Positions 12,689 through 26,997 of a stretch of DNA of 64,000 nucleotides are shown here, piece by piece. Position 1 is the stretch's first letter. Each line of letters starts with the position of its first letter. Origin of the DNA: Chrysomallon squamiferum (lineage: Eukaryota > Animalia > Mollusca); NCBI GenBank assembly GCA_012295275.1, contig CM022670.1:24552001-24616000 (forward strand), in the 5' to 3' direction. The notes beneath the pieces were generated by a model. It was not told the origin of the DNA and searched no databases. It saw only the letters and a list, made by a program, of their open reading frames with translations. A program made the position numbers and the translations under genes.

Positions 12689-13750
12689 GAGCTAAGATAG
12701 TGCATCTACTGTTAATGAAAGCAATTTTATCAGGAAAATGTCTGAGAATTTAATATAATAAAATACATGTAGAAGACACAGATCCTTTTGTCCTCGCTCT
12801 CAAGGCTACAAGCAAAACCGACAGCTAAGAGGATTGTGTCTAGAACGTCTTAGCACTGAAAGTTTGAATTTCATAATTAAACGAAGGACGACGAGGATTG
12901 AAACGTTGAGAATAATCTTGAAATAAAAACGCGAAAGCAGACAGACAAGTAAAGCAGGAAGACAGACAGACGACATATTAAGGAAACGGAGCAGAAAGAC
13001 AACCTGCCAATAAAAGTGTGCATTACAGAAGTCGCGCAGAACATAAACAATTCGCATAGCATCAGTCAGTGTCTCTCGCCTCAGTGCTTCTTCTTACAAA
13101 CATTTAGAGTGAAAGGAAAATGTTTTTACTAGTATTCGCAGCTGTCTTTGTTCGATGACCGTTTCGGATTTGCAAACAGCCATTTACTAATTCTTCTGGC
13201 ATCAGAGGTTTACAGAAAGGCTGTCGAAGTGCGTTTACCAAGATAATCTGTCAGCGCTGCACCGTAACCGTGGGTGATTGTCAGACATAGACACAAGAAG
13301 CTATTAGTTTCAGACACTTGATAACTGCAGGAGTATTTTTAATGGTCATATGTCTGTACACAGGAGAGTATACCGTAGGTATATAGCACACGAGGACGTA
13401 TTAGTCCAAGAGATGAGGAGCTTATTGTTTTTGTACTGTCAGGACAATTCTGTTTAGCAATGTGGCAGCTTTGTGCTGTCATTATGTAGTTATGAGGACG
13501 TAGTAAAGTGAAGGCGGTACATACATTCAACTGCATGTTTTCTAGATACATCACTGGAGATATGATGAGACTTTATTTATTTAAAATCAGTTGTTTGAAG
13601 TCTGAGAGGATGAATGTCAAAGTAAAGATGCTAATCGATGGTTCTTAGGGATATGCATATTTTGTTTCAAAACCTTTTATCTTAAAGGAAATCTCTATAT
13701 AGCTTACTTTATGCCAATCCATTTAATCACATTAGAGTCAAAGCATTGAT

Positions 13751-13790
13751 AGTAGCTTCATTTCCAAGTTAGTAGCTTCATTTCCAAGTT
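13751..13790 (+). repeat. Perfect 20-bp tandem duplication
   Basis: AGTAGCTTCATTTCCAAGTT x2. Confidence 0.95.
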
Positions 13791-14371
13791 AACAAGAAAA
13801 TAAATTCCTGTAATAATTAATTATGAACAGTGACTAATGCTAACGCGTATTACACCTGAAAAATCTCGATGTATTTCCAGCCTGTTTTAATTAGTTCATC
13901 CTCGAATGGTGTTATTCTGAATTCACTTATTAAAGGTATTTTTCATTACCAGAAATAGTATACATGAATCATTTTATTAAATTTTATTAATGACTATTTG
14001 TGTAGGCATATGTTTATAACATAGTCTGATTTAATTAAAGTCAACATTTTCTTAGGCGTATGCTACACAAATGTATTTTGCATCAAAAGTTTTAAATCGG
14101 TAATACAATTTCCTGAGTATTAAATTTGCTAGAATATAAATTGCATTTTATTAATAATAACTGATAATAATGTTTATAATTAAAAGGATGTCTGTGATGA
14201 ATATTCATGTATAAGTTTTTACACACATTAATTATTATTGTGTGTGTATGTGTACATATATCTGTAAATAATTATATTTAAAATCAATCTTCGACAAAAT
14301 GTTTAATATTAAATACTTTTGTATTCTTTCCTAAAAATATTTTCTTTCCATAACTATTTCCGCTCCTTTCT

Positions 14372-14438
<67 letters not shown>

Positions 14439-14469
14439 TTGGTAATAATTTCTTGCAATTCAAAGACAT

Positions 14470-14900
14470 ACCTGATAAAGATTATTGAAAAGTGATCACT
14501 GTTTTCCTAGAATATCATTAATTATTATTTTTAATTATAAAAATTGTAGTAGTATTTAAAGAAAAAAACAACAACAACAAGGTTATGGTTGATACAGATC
14601 CTTCAGTACAGATCACTATTTTTCCTCTGAATGCAAACTTGATATTATTAGGAGCAGTTTTGGAATTGGTAATAATATATGCGAACGACAGACTATCAGT
14701 GATAAAAATGCATGGATAACGATCACAATTCCCCATCAGTGTAAACTGGAAATTATTAGGAGCAGTGTTGGAACTGGTAAAAATATTTCCGAATATAACG
14801 TATTTTGTGATACGGATTCATGGATAACAATAATTATTTTCTTAGAATATAAACTGAATGTTATTAGTAAGGTGCTGAAGTTGATAATGATATTTAAAAA
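14470..14900 (+). repeat. Diverged ~108-bp tandem minisatellite, about 4 copies
   Basis: ATTATTAGGAGCAGT.TTGGAA.TGGTAA at ~14645 and ~14752, with a degenerate copy at ~14860. TGATA....T.CATGGATAAC.AT.A at ~14700 and ~14807, with weaker copies at ~14590 and ~14472. Confidence 0.7.
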
Positions 14901-16811
14901 GACGGACAAGCAAACAGTTCTTAGCTCTAGCTAAATATACTTGACTTGATTTAGTTTATTTGCATAAATACGTTATAAAATATCTGTTTGCACATCATGG
15001 ATTGGCTAAATTTTATTACAGTAGGTTTCCACGGCTTACAGATTCTAACAAGAATGTCATTTCCGTTTACAGTCGAATATTATTGTTATATCTCTATCGC
15101 AAAAATCTTTCGGAAGATATCAATATAAAATTTTACGCTTTGAAAACAGCTCCTGTGACAATGACTATCGATTTCGAATTGGAAACTGTGTGAACTGATT
15201 TCGTGCAATCACTTCATGCCTGAATGTCTTCCCGTGTGTACCATTTGATTAGTAACAGACTTAATGCTCGTTTTATTAGCAGAATACACACAGTTAAAGA
15301 GATTTCATAACACAGTCGAATACTGTTAAAATTTCCGTTATGACAGAATTCGCCAGTAATTAATCACCTCATTATTATTTATTACTTCGCTCCCTGCATT
15401 TTTAAAGCATTTTCTTTTCATTCTGTTTTTTTCTCTTCTTTTTTTTTTTTACGACATTCTAAAAAGACATTACTCCAGAAAAAAAAAAAAATAAAATAAA
15501 ATAAAATAAAATTAATTCCCTAAGGCACACTGAAGCAATCCAGAAATGTCTAAATATAGAGAAAAAGTTAAGAAATTTGAGAAATATAGTTCAAGGAGGC
15601 GGTGATTTGATTTTATTTCTTTGTTTTGGTTTGAATCTGGCTGCCAGACATGAATTTCTTGTAATTTTAGTGTTTTAGCTTTGTCCAGCAAATAAATATT
15701 TTATACGCCATAAATAAAGTTTCATTTTCATAATAACCAATATTAATAAATTTTATCTGTTCTGATCGAATGGGTTCTGATGAAGATATAAATATTCTGA
15801 CCATTACATTGAAATAATATTATTTGTTTAATAGAAATCTTCACACAAGAAAACACTATGCATGAGTATGTATGTATGTGGGTGTGTATGTATGTATGTA
15901 TGTATGTGTGTCTGTGTGTGTATGTATGTACGTACGTATGGGTATGTACATGTCTATGTAAGTATTTATGTATGTATGCATGCATGCATCTATCATATAC
16001 GTATGTATATGTCAGTTTTTGTATGTATTTACGTATTTTGTTTGAACGTATGTATGTAACTGTGTTCGTATGTATATGTATGTAAATATATTTGTAATAA
16101 GTACGTATGTATATAGAATAAAACAAATAATATAATTTTTAATTCATAAGTTGTTGTAGTAGTACAAGAATACAAAAACAACAACAAAAATAGAATGATG
16201 ATGATTGTGACTCATAGTATTGTGATCAGCTTGTGGCTAAAAATACAGTCATTAACTTTAAGAACAACAATAATTTCTATTATAATAACGAGTTATTTTG
16301 AGCAGTGTCCGGTTCGTATTAATACTAGACTAATAACTATTCCCAGTTTGCATACACGATAATACTATAAACAGCTCTCTCTCTCTATATATATATATAC
16401 ACATGTATATATGTGTTTATACCAAATGGTAATACCACTGATGTATTAAGATTTAGAAGAAATGACGTCATAAACTAATTCAAGATATCTTTTTTTTTTA
16501 TGACTTTTTTTGTTCCAGTTCTCCGATTTTCAGCAATCATTCAAAGTGTGCTTGGTCATGTTTCACAAATCGACTGGAAAGGAAAAAGGAAAAAGATAAT
16601 AGAATTGTAATTACGCGATTATTTCGAGCGGAATAAAATGTTTTTGTGGGCATTCGTGCACTGCACTTTAAGTGTTTATTTTCTTTGAAGAAGTCAGTTT
16701 CTTTCCAATATATATAGAGAGAGAGACTTAAAGATCCAGCATAATAGATTTTCTTTTGCACCAGAAAACTCTTGACGTAATGGCGACTTCTGCATTCAGT
16801 CTGTTTTATAG

Positions 16812-16851
<40 letters not shown>

Positions 16852-17082
16852 TGATGATGATGATGATGATGATGATAATAACTATAACAACAACAACAAC
16901 AACAATAATAATAATGACCATGATGATGATGATAACGATGATGGTAATGAAGTTAAAAATGATGAACATTAACATTTATAGTTAAAATAACTGAAAGAGG
17001 AGACATATTATATTAGATTCACATCACAATAATATGAGAGTCACCAATTTTCCACATCCATTATTTAACCTGTTCGACTTAC

Positions 17083-17442
17083 CTTCACCACCTGAACGTG
17101 TGTCTGGGTGTTGGACTTGAGTTCTTTACTAACGGGTGCGGTCAAACGACCGTTCCTCTGGGGCGGTGCTGCTAGCTGTAACTGAGGTATATCCACACAG
17201 AACGAAACACTTTTCTGAGAACTCTGCGATCCCGAATGTCGGGCCCGGCTGTACGTCGTGGCCGTCGTCTCGGACGCGTTCGACAGCCTGGCCTTCAGTT
17301 CTTCTCTCGTAGTGAGAAGTTTTCGGTTTTCTGTCCGCTGCAGCACCGTCGGCGCAGAACGACGTCGTGGTTCACCTTTCATGCCGTTGTATCGTCGTCG
17401 GTGGCGTCTTACCATGGTGCCGGCGCGCGTTAGCATAGACAT
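17083..17442 (-). CDS. Paralogous N-terminal coding exon A (120 codons) of an unidentified minus-strand gene
   Basis: ATG 17442, MSMLTRAGTMVRRHRRR...RRRSAPTVLQR...KSVSF...HVQVVK, then AAG|GTAAGT (phase 0). GC-rich island in AT-rich DNA. Amino acids are conserved with exons B and C despite different synonymous codons. Confidence 0.88.
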
Positions 17443-17547
17443 AATGCGAACTTCTACCTGATCTCGCTGTTTTGTTTCACCACTGTTAATCTCATTGTTT
17501 GATTTACAGAAACGTATCAAATCACACTTGCCAGTCAAGTATAGCAA

Positions 17548-17555
17548 TATTTATA
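17548..17555 (-). promoter_or_regulatory. Possible TATA box for exon A
   Basis: TATAAATA on the minus strand ~105 nt upstream of the ATG. This is weak evidence in AT-rich DNA. Confidence 0.2.
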
Positions 17556-18377
17556 CAACGTCTCCGTTAAAACAAAACAAACCTAAAAAATCTCAAATTT
17601 AGAAAAAAAAAAAAAAAAAAAAACTTTAACTCACATCATCTTTCACGAACGAACGTATACGAAACATAATTTAACCAATTACTGTAACTTGTAGCTTAGA
17701 ACATCTTCTTTGTGCGACTTCATACAACACATTTCTTTTTTTTCTGTCTCTCTCTTTACTTTTTTTTTCTTCTTCTTCTTCTTCTTCTTCTTCTTCTGGT
17801 GTAAGAATACAGCGTATCTCACTTCTACGGCGCATTCGCTCGCCGACTGAGTAAATCCTTCGTATGAAAGGATTGATTAGCGCCTATCTACTTCACATAA
17901 CGAGAACCGGCAGGCCTGGTCGTGATCTGCGATGCATTTCCTGGGGTGACAAACATCGTCGTCTCAAACACAGCTGAATGGTGACTGGACGTTATAATTA
18001 GGTGAAGATACAGAGCAGGGTTAAAAAAAAAAAAAAAAGGGAAAGAAAAAAAAAAAGAAAAGACGACGTCACTGTAACGTACTTCGTTATCAGAAGAACC
18101 CGCCTAATGTGTAAGTATATAAATAGATTTCTTGACCAAGAATTCGATGACGTTGACAAAAGGGGTGACCTAAGTAATTATTGTAAACGCCCGAAACAAC
18201 AGAGAAGCAAGCGAGATAATTGATATCCTCAAATAGACGAGCCCTGCGTCACGGAATCATCTTAACCGGTCGCCATCGAAGTTCTAATGACTGTATATTA
18301 TCTGAGACTGTTTGCACAGAACAACGTACGACTTCCTTAACGAGATTTCAGTTCTGAGCGTATCTGAGCCGCGCCAG

Positions 18378-18422
<45 letters not shown>

Positions 18423-18770
18423 GCACACACGACAGCCAGAACTCTCGCCACGGTAGCACCGCCGACATCTGAATGTCGAGTCGCTAATAATAGTGAGGTA
18501 ATTTAATTATTACGAAACTGTGACTGACAAGCGACGAGGTAGTTGAACAATAATCAAATTGGATCCGTGCTGTCTAGTGTGATGAGGTGAGGAATTGAGG
18601 AAAGTCGTCGTTTGTCTGATTTCAGCTGAGGTGGAGGTGGAGGTGAGGGGGGGGAAGGGGAGCGGGAAAACCTCTTGAGAGGAAGGAGCGGTTGTTACAT
18701 AAATAGACTGAATAAAATCTAGAGTGTAACTAACAGGTGAAGAGAAATAAAAAGATGATGATGATGATGA

Positions 18771-18801
<31 letters not shown>

Positions 18802-18968
18802 AGAAATGACCGGAAATACAGTTATGGAAAGAAAATATTTTTAGGAAAGAACACAAAAGCATTTAATATTAAACATTTCGTCGAAGATTGATTTTAAATA
18901 TTATTATTTACAGATATATGTACACACACACACACAGAGATACATTAGACAGGTAGATAAACACAGAG

Positions 18969-19140
<172 letters not shown>

Positions 19141-19325
19141 GCAAAGAGAAGCAAGAGAACTCCCAAAATATATTTATCTAACAGAGAGACAGAAAGACAA
19201 GTATTTATTATATATTATATATATATATATACAGACACACAGACAGATAAACAGACAAATATATAGATATGTAGAAGTTCGTATTTACTTTCCACGACAG
19301 TGTTTAATCTCTTTTTTTTTGTTTG

Positions 19326-19365
<40 letters not shown>

Positions 19366-19368
19366 TGT

Positions 19369-19404
<36 letters not shown>

Positions 19405-20097
19405 GCTCAAAATGGCAGAAAAGCAGATTAAAATAAAGACGTTGTAAATGCTGAAATCTTAATATGGAATCAGATTTTATTTGTAATAAGATACTCCAAG
19501 ACAGAAATGCAGAGACGTCTAAACACTTGGATATATTTTATGATTTAACAAAATTATTAAGAGGAAAAGGAATAAATAGAATGTGAGAAAAATAAATATA
19601 ATGAAAGAAAAAAGAAAAATAATGAAATACTAAACAAAAAATATCACAATATTATTATTATTATTATTATTCAGGTTGTTTTGTTGTTGTTGTTGTTGTT
19701 GTTGTCGTCGTCGTTTTAAATTTATTATTATACAATAAAAGGTATTTATGTTATAAGTAGGTAGGTTCAGAAAATCATACACAGCCTAAAACGACCTCGC
19801 GTAGGAAAAAGATCCCGAAAAAGTCTTGTCTCGCCTAGATTATTTTCAGTTATCAAGATTTAGTTTCTTTCTTTATTATAATGAAAGCGAAATTGATATA
19901 ACTCTTAATGGTTAATATTACCACAGAGACACGTATAAAAGAAAGAAACAATGAAAACGAAATATTAAGGAAGATGAAATCAATAGAATAACAAAGAAAG
20001 AGTGAAAATTAAGTAATGACATACGGAGGCGAACCTACACAAAAATTCATTGTCTGAAATGAACGCAAACATACATCAACACCCAATAACAACCACG

Positions 20098-20128
<31 letters not shown>

Positions 20129-20301
20129 ACACCCACAAACACAAGCACGAATAAATATATACGTTCGTACACACATACATATAAAATACAGGCATACATA
20201 AATACATACATACATACAAACATAATATATACATAGATACATATACATACTTACATACGTACATAAGTACGTACATACATACATATATTCAAAAAGAATT
20301 T

Positions 20302-20525
20302 GTTTTAATGGCCGAACGGTAACATCATCCACCTTCGGAGTGTGGGCGAATGGAATGAATGCCATACGTTCGAATCTCGTCAGCGGCAACTGACAGGTTT
20401 GTGGGTCGTGATTGGACTTTGTCCTCCTGCGCCAGTGCGTTCTCACATTTTGTCTATATTCAGAGACTAATCAGACGTACATACGACAGAGAATATTCAA
20501 AATCCTAAAATACATACATACATAC
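20302..20525 (+). mobile_element. tRNA-derived SINE (tRNA-Arg-like head)
   Basis: A box TGGCCGAACGG (20309-19), anticodon-like loop CAC-CTTCGGA-GTG (TCG), B box GTTCGAATC (20368-76), ~130-nt body and (CATA)n tail. The acceptor stem does not pair, so this is not a functional tRNA. Confidence 0.7.
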
Positions 20526-21174
20526 CTACAATCAAATACAAACTGAAACATATAAACCATAAAAAAAAAAAAAAAAAAATATAAAAAAAAACAACACGTT
20601 CATATACTCAAAGATAAATTTCCCTTCAGCCTGTGACGTCGAGTATCGTAATAAAAAAGAATGAACGCGCAGCGACACTGGATCAACTGTCGATAACTCG
20701 TGCTGCTCTAAGCAACGAGCGCAGTAAGTCCGTGATTACAGAAGAGTTCTCTGTCATTTTCTCCTAAATCTGTCTTTTCTCTCTCGTCGCGAGGAACATC
20801 ACCGCTAGACACTTACTTTGCCATGTTTCACAACAGATCGATATTTGTCGAAGCCATGTGGATATTTAAAGGACAGTCATAACAACACCACGTTAACAAA
20901 TCATCATCATCACGGCGCACTGAAAAAATCTTCAGTGTTAAACAGGCACACTGTCGTGTCCAGGTCCATTTGTCGTCTTCGCAATCCTTAGAAAGTTAAG
21001 ATACTTTTGGTGTCAGTTTGTGTGTTAGATTTGGAACGTGATTTTTTGTGTGTGTCAAAGAATGAAAATCTCTCTAATCAGAACATTTTTGTATACTGAC
21101 TAATATAATGTGTATTAGATATAAAAGATATGCTTTTCATTTAGGGAAACATACATGTCATATGAACTGGTTTC

Positions 21175-21272
<98 letters not shown>

Positions 21273-21410
21273 AATTTTCAGATATATATTTGAGCGTACG
21301 TGTATGTGTGTTTTTAAGCAGGCATATATGAATTTAAAATGAAAAAAGTTTTTAAAATATTCTGAAACTGAAAGAAAATTAATACTGGCAGAAATATTAT
21401 ATTGTCAGTT

Positions 21411-21505
<95 letters not shown>

Positions 21506-23406
21506 TATTAATAAATAAATAAATAAATAAAAATTTTGAAATTATAAAGAAATCACTAGCGTATTTTATTTTATTTAACAGCAACAAATCCAATTTCATT
21601 TATTGATATTCTGTAAATATTTTTTCATGGACGAATATAATAATATAGCAGCGGCCGTTTTAAAATATTTAAGTTAGTTTTGAATTCTATATAACAAAGA
21701 AAGCAGGATAATAGTTACTGTGTTTTCTCCGATCCCTTTAGAATCCATGTTCAGCCACTGAGTATGTGTCTTCTTCTCTGAGCAGAGTTGCACATGAAAG
21801 ATGTCATACTGCTGATCGCTAACACTAAATCTTGGAGCAGCAGGCATCCTTCTGTCATCTTTATACACATAACATGTAAATGCTGCAGATTTCTTACCTA
21901 ATAACTATATATGCAAAAAACATGTAGAATCTTCTTTTTTGTCGATAAGTCAGTATTAGCGAAACTTCTCGAAACCTGAACCTTATTAAACCTTAATTCA
22001 CCTAAAACCGAATCATTTCCGCGACTTCGTCGTTCATCAAATACCTGAATGCGAAACCTCAGTAAATCAAACACCGAAAACGCGAACTTTTTTTTCTTGT
22101 TCCTGACGCTGTTGGGATTGGACAAGTTTCAGAGTACGCTATAAAGACACTGGACTAAAGGGAATATTTTTTTTTTTTTTTTATCTTCTGCACGAAATGA
22201 GTAAAATGATGAAGGAAATAACAAGCAGGATTAATTTCTGGTTTATATCGAGCTAAATTCTAATTAATTCTCGCATTACTGTAAGCTCGACGAAATGAGG
22301 ATAGAAAAGAAACCCGTTATATGCACCCTAAGCCTTTGTTTTTAAATAACAGTATAAGAATTTAGGTGTTCTCCTAGGACAGAAAGATTTCATCTTACAC
22401 GAACCAGCGATGACTTTAATATTCTCGCTTATTAGTAAATGACAGAACAACTTATTTCATGGATCATCTTGCAACAGGTACAGTACACATACACAAACAC
22501 ACACACACAAAACAAGCACGCACGCATAGACACAAAGGCATGCACGCAAACATAGATAGAACATAGATACACATGCGTACAAACGCTGACACATACATAC
22601 GTACACACATGCGTACAAACGCAGACACATATAATACATACGTACACACATACGTACATGCATACACTCACACATACATACATACATACATACATACAGA
22701 ACGGAAGAAAAAAGACGTTTTTGTGGAACAACACTACTTGAACGGATGGAACTATGAATCAACGAGAACGCTACAACCACCGCTAATTTATCAGTAATGC
22801 TGAAACAGTAACGCAGTTATCTGTATAATCATGAATACACGTTAAAAACAAAATAAGGCAGGTACTTACTTACTTGTATCGAAACAAGAATTCAGTAAGG
22901 TAAATGCGCTAAAAGATAACTACAAATCATTATTGTAATATTCCAATGAACTCTGCAATGTGAACAGTTGCTACTGGGAACAGAGCGGCTCGCTCTTATG
23001 ACGTCATAACAATAAGACCTTTAACCTTCTATGTATTTGGTTTCGTACAACTTTAGCAATGTGAGAAAACGAATTAAATAAATAAAACAAAATAAATTAT
23101 TGATTCGGTTTATAATTAATAAAATAAAGATTTGTTGCTTTTTTTTTTTTTTTTTTTTTTTTGCTATCATATATTTTTTCATTTTGCAACAAATACTACT
23201 TCTCTCATTGAAACCAAACTATATTTTCATTTTGCATCCAGTTTTGTGCCGTATTTTGTAAAGCGAAAAGAATACGCGTCAAAATTAATTTAATTAAAAT
23301 AAAAATAAAATTGTTTTCTCTTGTAGTTTTTGTAACAGGCCTTATTAAAATAAATAAATAAATAAATACGTAAATAAATAAATAAAAGAAAAAATATATT
23401 AAGAAA

Positions 23407-23452
<46 letters not shown>

Positions 23453-24488
23453 TTAAAAGGTAATTCTTTATTGAAATGGTGATTGAAATAACAGCAGATT
23501 TTGTTTACCAATAATTTGCCTTATTTTAAAATTTAATTTTGTTTATCTTTGTTCAGGTAGCGTAACATGGCCTCATGTGAAAATGTTATCCACTATTTAT
23601 TTTTCGATTAGTGATATTTGACTTACACTAAAATGTTATTTCGTTTATTTTTCTTGAAGCAGTGAAAATCTGTGTAAATTTTATGATTAATTATTTTTCA
23701 ACTAATGATGGTTTAGCTGATGATTCAGTTAATGACTCATTTTTACTCTTCAAATGACGATAGCTTTCCATATCCGAGAAAATAATACGTAAACAATTCT
23801 TCAAGTAGAAGTGCTTTGCCTTGTTTAAAATAATAAACAATTAATAATAATAATTATTATAATAATTATGTTTGCAGTATATTAATGACTTTTAACATCA
23901 TTTTGAAGAGATAAAAGGGAAAATGAAACAAATTACAAAGACAGCAAAGAACAACAACAAAATTGTATCACAAGCAACGTGATTACTAAGCGTAGGTTCT
24001 CAACTTTAAATTGTATTCCAGAATTTTGGCGTATCATACTTTGTACACAATTTTGAAGAAACGAGACCCACTTTGAACGTGTTTGCACTGAAATGAATTT
24101 AATATGTACCGATTTTAACTTTTAGGCCGACTTAGAGAACTGTCAATGTTTGTGTGGATGTGTCTCTGTATGTGCGTGAACATGACAGAGAGACAGAGAG
24201 AGAGAGACGGAGAGAGACAGAGAGAGACTAAATAAATCTATATTATATTAGTTTCATCAAATTACACACAGGGAACGCACAAATGAAAAGCCATGCATAC
24301 GAACACGTTTTTTAAAACTGAACATACTGCCGTTCATGATCAACAATCTAGATGTCGATTAGAAAAAAAGCTTTCATGTGACAAGGACTTGTAATTAAAT
24401 TTACATGAAACTAAAGAAGATTTCCGAGACGCAGAAGAAACAAGCGATGAAATATGAACCCAGAGAGTATTTAACCATACAGACAGTG

Positions 24489-24562
<74 letters not shown>

Positions 24563-25024
24563 ACACACATCCATTCATCCATATCTAATTTTGTGTGTGT
24601 GGATGTATGTGAAGGAATGTATAGGAAAAGTGAATATCTTGGCTGTACTAAGTATGTATTGCCTTGATGAAGTGCGTCGTCTGATGTCAACAGTACTTTA
24701 ACAAACTAAATTAACTCACATATTGGATATATACAGCTCTCCATTAGTAAGCCATCCAGTATCAAATACTTTGGTAACATACTGAACAGTTTAAAAGATG
24801 AAGTCCTGAGCTTGAATCTTGTGAACTAACAATCTACATCAGTTACTGTAAATCAGCAAAAGATAAAAAGTGATATTAATTGGAATTTGAATAAAAATCT
24901 GTTTGCCTTTTGTACTGATAAATTAGAGAAATCCCTTTATTTCTCATCACATTAACAACATAGACATAGAAGTTAGTGTACTTATATAACATTTGCAATA
25001 GTATTTATTTATTTATCTGTTGAT

Positions 25025-25115
<91 letters not shown>

Positions 25116-25464
25116 TTTTTTATGTTTTGATTAGTTCTGTTTTATTTTATTTTAGTTAAACTCTTTAGTTTTAGCTTAGTTTTAGTTTCAGTTTCAGTTT
25201 TACTTTTAGTTTCAGTTTAGCTTTAGTTTTGTTTAATTTCGTTTTGTATGTTGTTGTTTAATTTCGTTTTGTATGTTGTTGTTTTTTTGTTGTTTGTTTA
25301 TTTGTTTATTTATAGATATTTCTCCATTCACGGAGAAAACTGTTCTAGATGTCAAATTTCCTAACAAATTCTTTAAATAATCACTACCTTCTTCTGCTGG
25401 TCTTTTTAAAATTAATTTTTAACAGTTGCTTCATTTTACTTCGTTTTAAATTTTATATTATTAT

Positions 25465-25498
<34 letters not shown>

Positions 25499-26484
25499 TT
25501 TACTTCTTTTTCTTTCTTTCTTAGTTAATTCCCTTTTCCCTTTTCGGCTTAAAACTTTGATGTCCAGTAATGTTCACAAACCCCAAAACAATTACAATAT
25601 TTACACTGTCCGTCTTGTATGTGTACATCAGTATTTAACCGCTCTCGTATGTCTTTTTCATTTACTTCTTCTGTCTCATATAAAATAACCGTTTAATATT
25701 GGTTAGTCTGTAATTAGCTTGGTTCGCAGGAAATCTTTACTTTCTTGCTATTTATTTTGACTTGGAGAAAATCTCATATCTTCTCATAACAAACAATTAA
25801 CTCTCTTCTGACGTCCTACGCGCTCTGTACTTCATCATCTTGTTATTACTTGTTTTTTTTTTTTTAAATTTTGTCATTATTTTTCCCCTTTATTTTTCTT
25901 CAACTTTTGTTTTTCCATGATTATGATAAAACGTAAAAGTGCTTATTCGCTTTAACGTTTTTTCATATCCTTAAATCAAGTCTGTCTGGTGGTTCTCTTT
26001 CTCATTCTTTACCCTGTTACTATTCTCTGTCTCTCATGTGAATCAGTGATTCAGCATATTTTAAACTGCCATCAAAACAATCTTCGTATGTAAAATGACA
26101 CTAAGTCAAACGTAATCGCCTTAGATGTTGGGTAACCTTTGTCCCATATTGATGGCAGACGCTGAATTTGAGACCAAATCAGATTGTTCCGTTGCTTATG
26201 TCTGCCTTTCACATCATGTTGTTGTCAATTTAACGTTGTCCTTTTACATCGCCATTGTTTTAGAACCCAGAATCACACACTGAGTAAACGTGGCTATTCA
26301 TTCGTTATGAATATTGTCTTGTATAGTAGTCTTGTTTAACGTTAGTTGTAGAGTAAGCATTTACTTTGTTCTCACACATTTTTATTTTTTATTGTTTCAT
26401 TTATATATTTTAGTCCTTTGTTTTAAAATGATTGAGGAGGCAGTTAATCGATACTCCTCACATAAACATTCACACAAAACACAG

Positions 26485-26624
<140 letters not shown>

Positions 26625-26939
26625 CAATTTGTATATGAAATATGATTAAAATAAATCTTTAATTATTAAAAATTAGTTTGTTTCAGAAACTCTTTGCTTT
26701 TTGTATTTTCATAAACTTACAAACGTGTCTATTTAAAATGTTAAGAGTACAATAACACGATAGAGTACTTTTAATGCCCAGCCAAAAAAATTATAAATAT
26801 ATATATAATTTATTTTTCAAAATGATTTTTGTATATAATATCTATTTATTTATTATTATTATTATTAGGGCAACGGTAGTAATAGTTACAGTGCTTGTAG
26901 TTATAGTAGTAGTTTTTGTAAAACATAGTAATAATAACA

Positions 26940-26997
<58 letters not shown>

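Noticed and set aside
14470-14900. CRISPR-like array
   Set aside because: Eukaryotic context, whole units are homologous with no unique spacers, and there are no cas genes.
17443-17547. 35-aa N-terminal extension of the exon A ORF
   Set aside because: Starts at TTG, and homology with exons B and C begins at ATG 17442.
20302-20387. Functional tRNA gene
   Set aside because: Acceptor stem unpaired, no Pol III T-run terminator directly after, and followed by a SINE-like body and tail.
21898-22125. Minus-strand ORF followed by a GGTAAG donor-like site
   Set aside because: In-frame stop at the donor, no convincing acceptor and no homology.
24947-24967. Minus-strand ATGTCTATGTTG resembling a fourth MSML start
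   Set aside because: Reads MSMLLM* with no further similarity, so it is a chance match.
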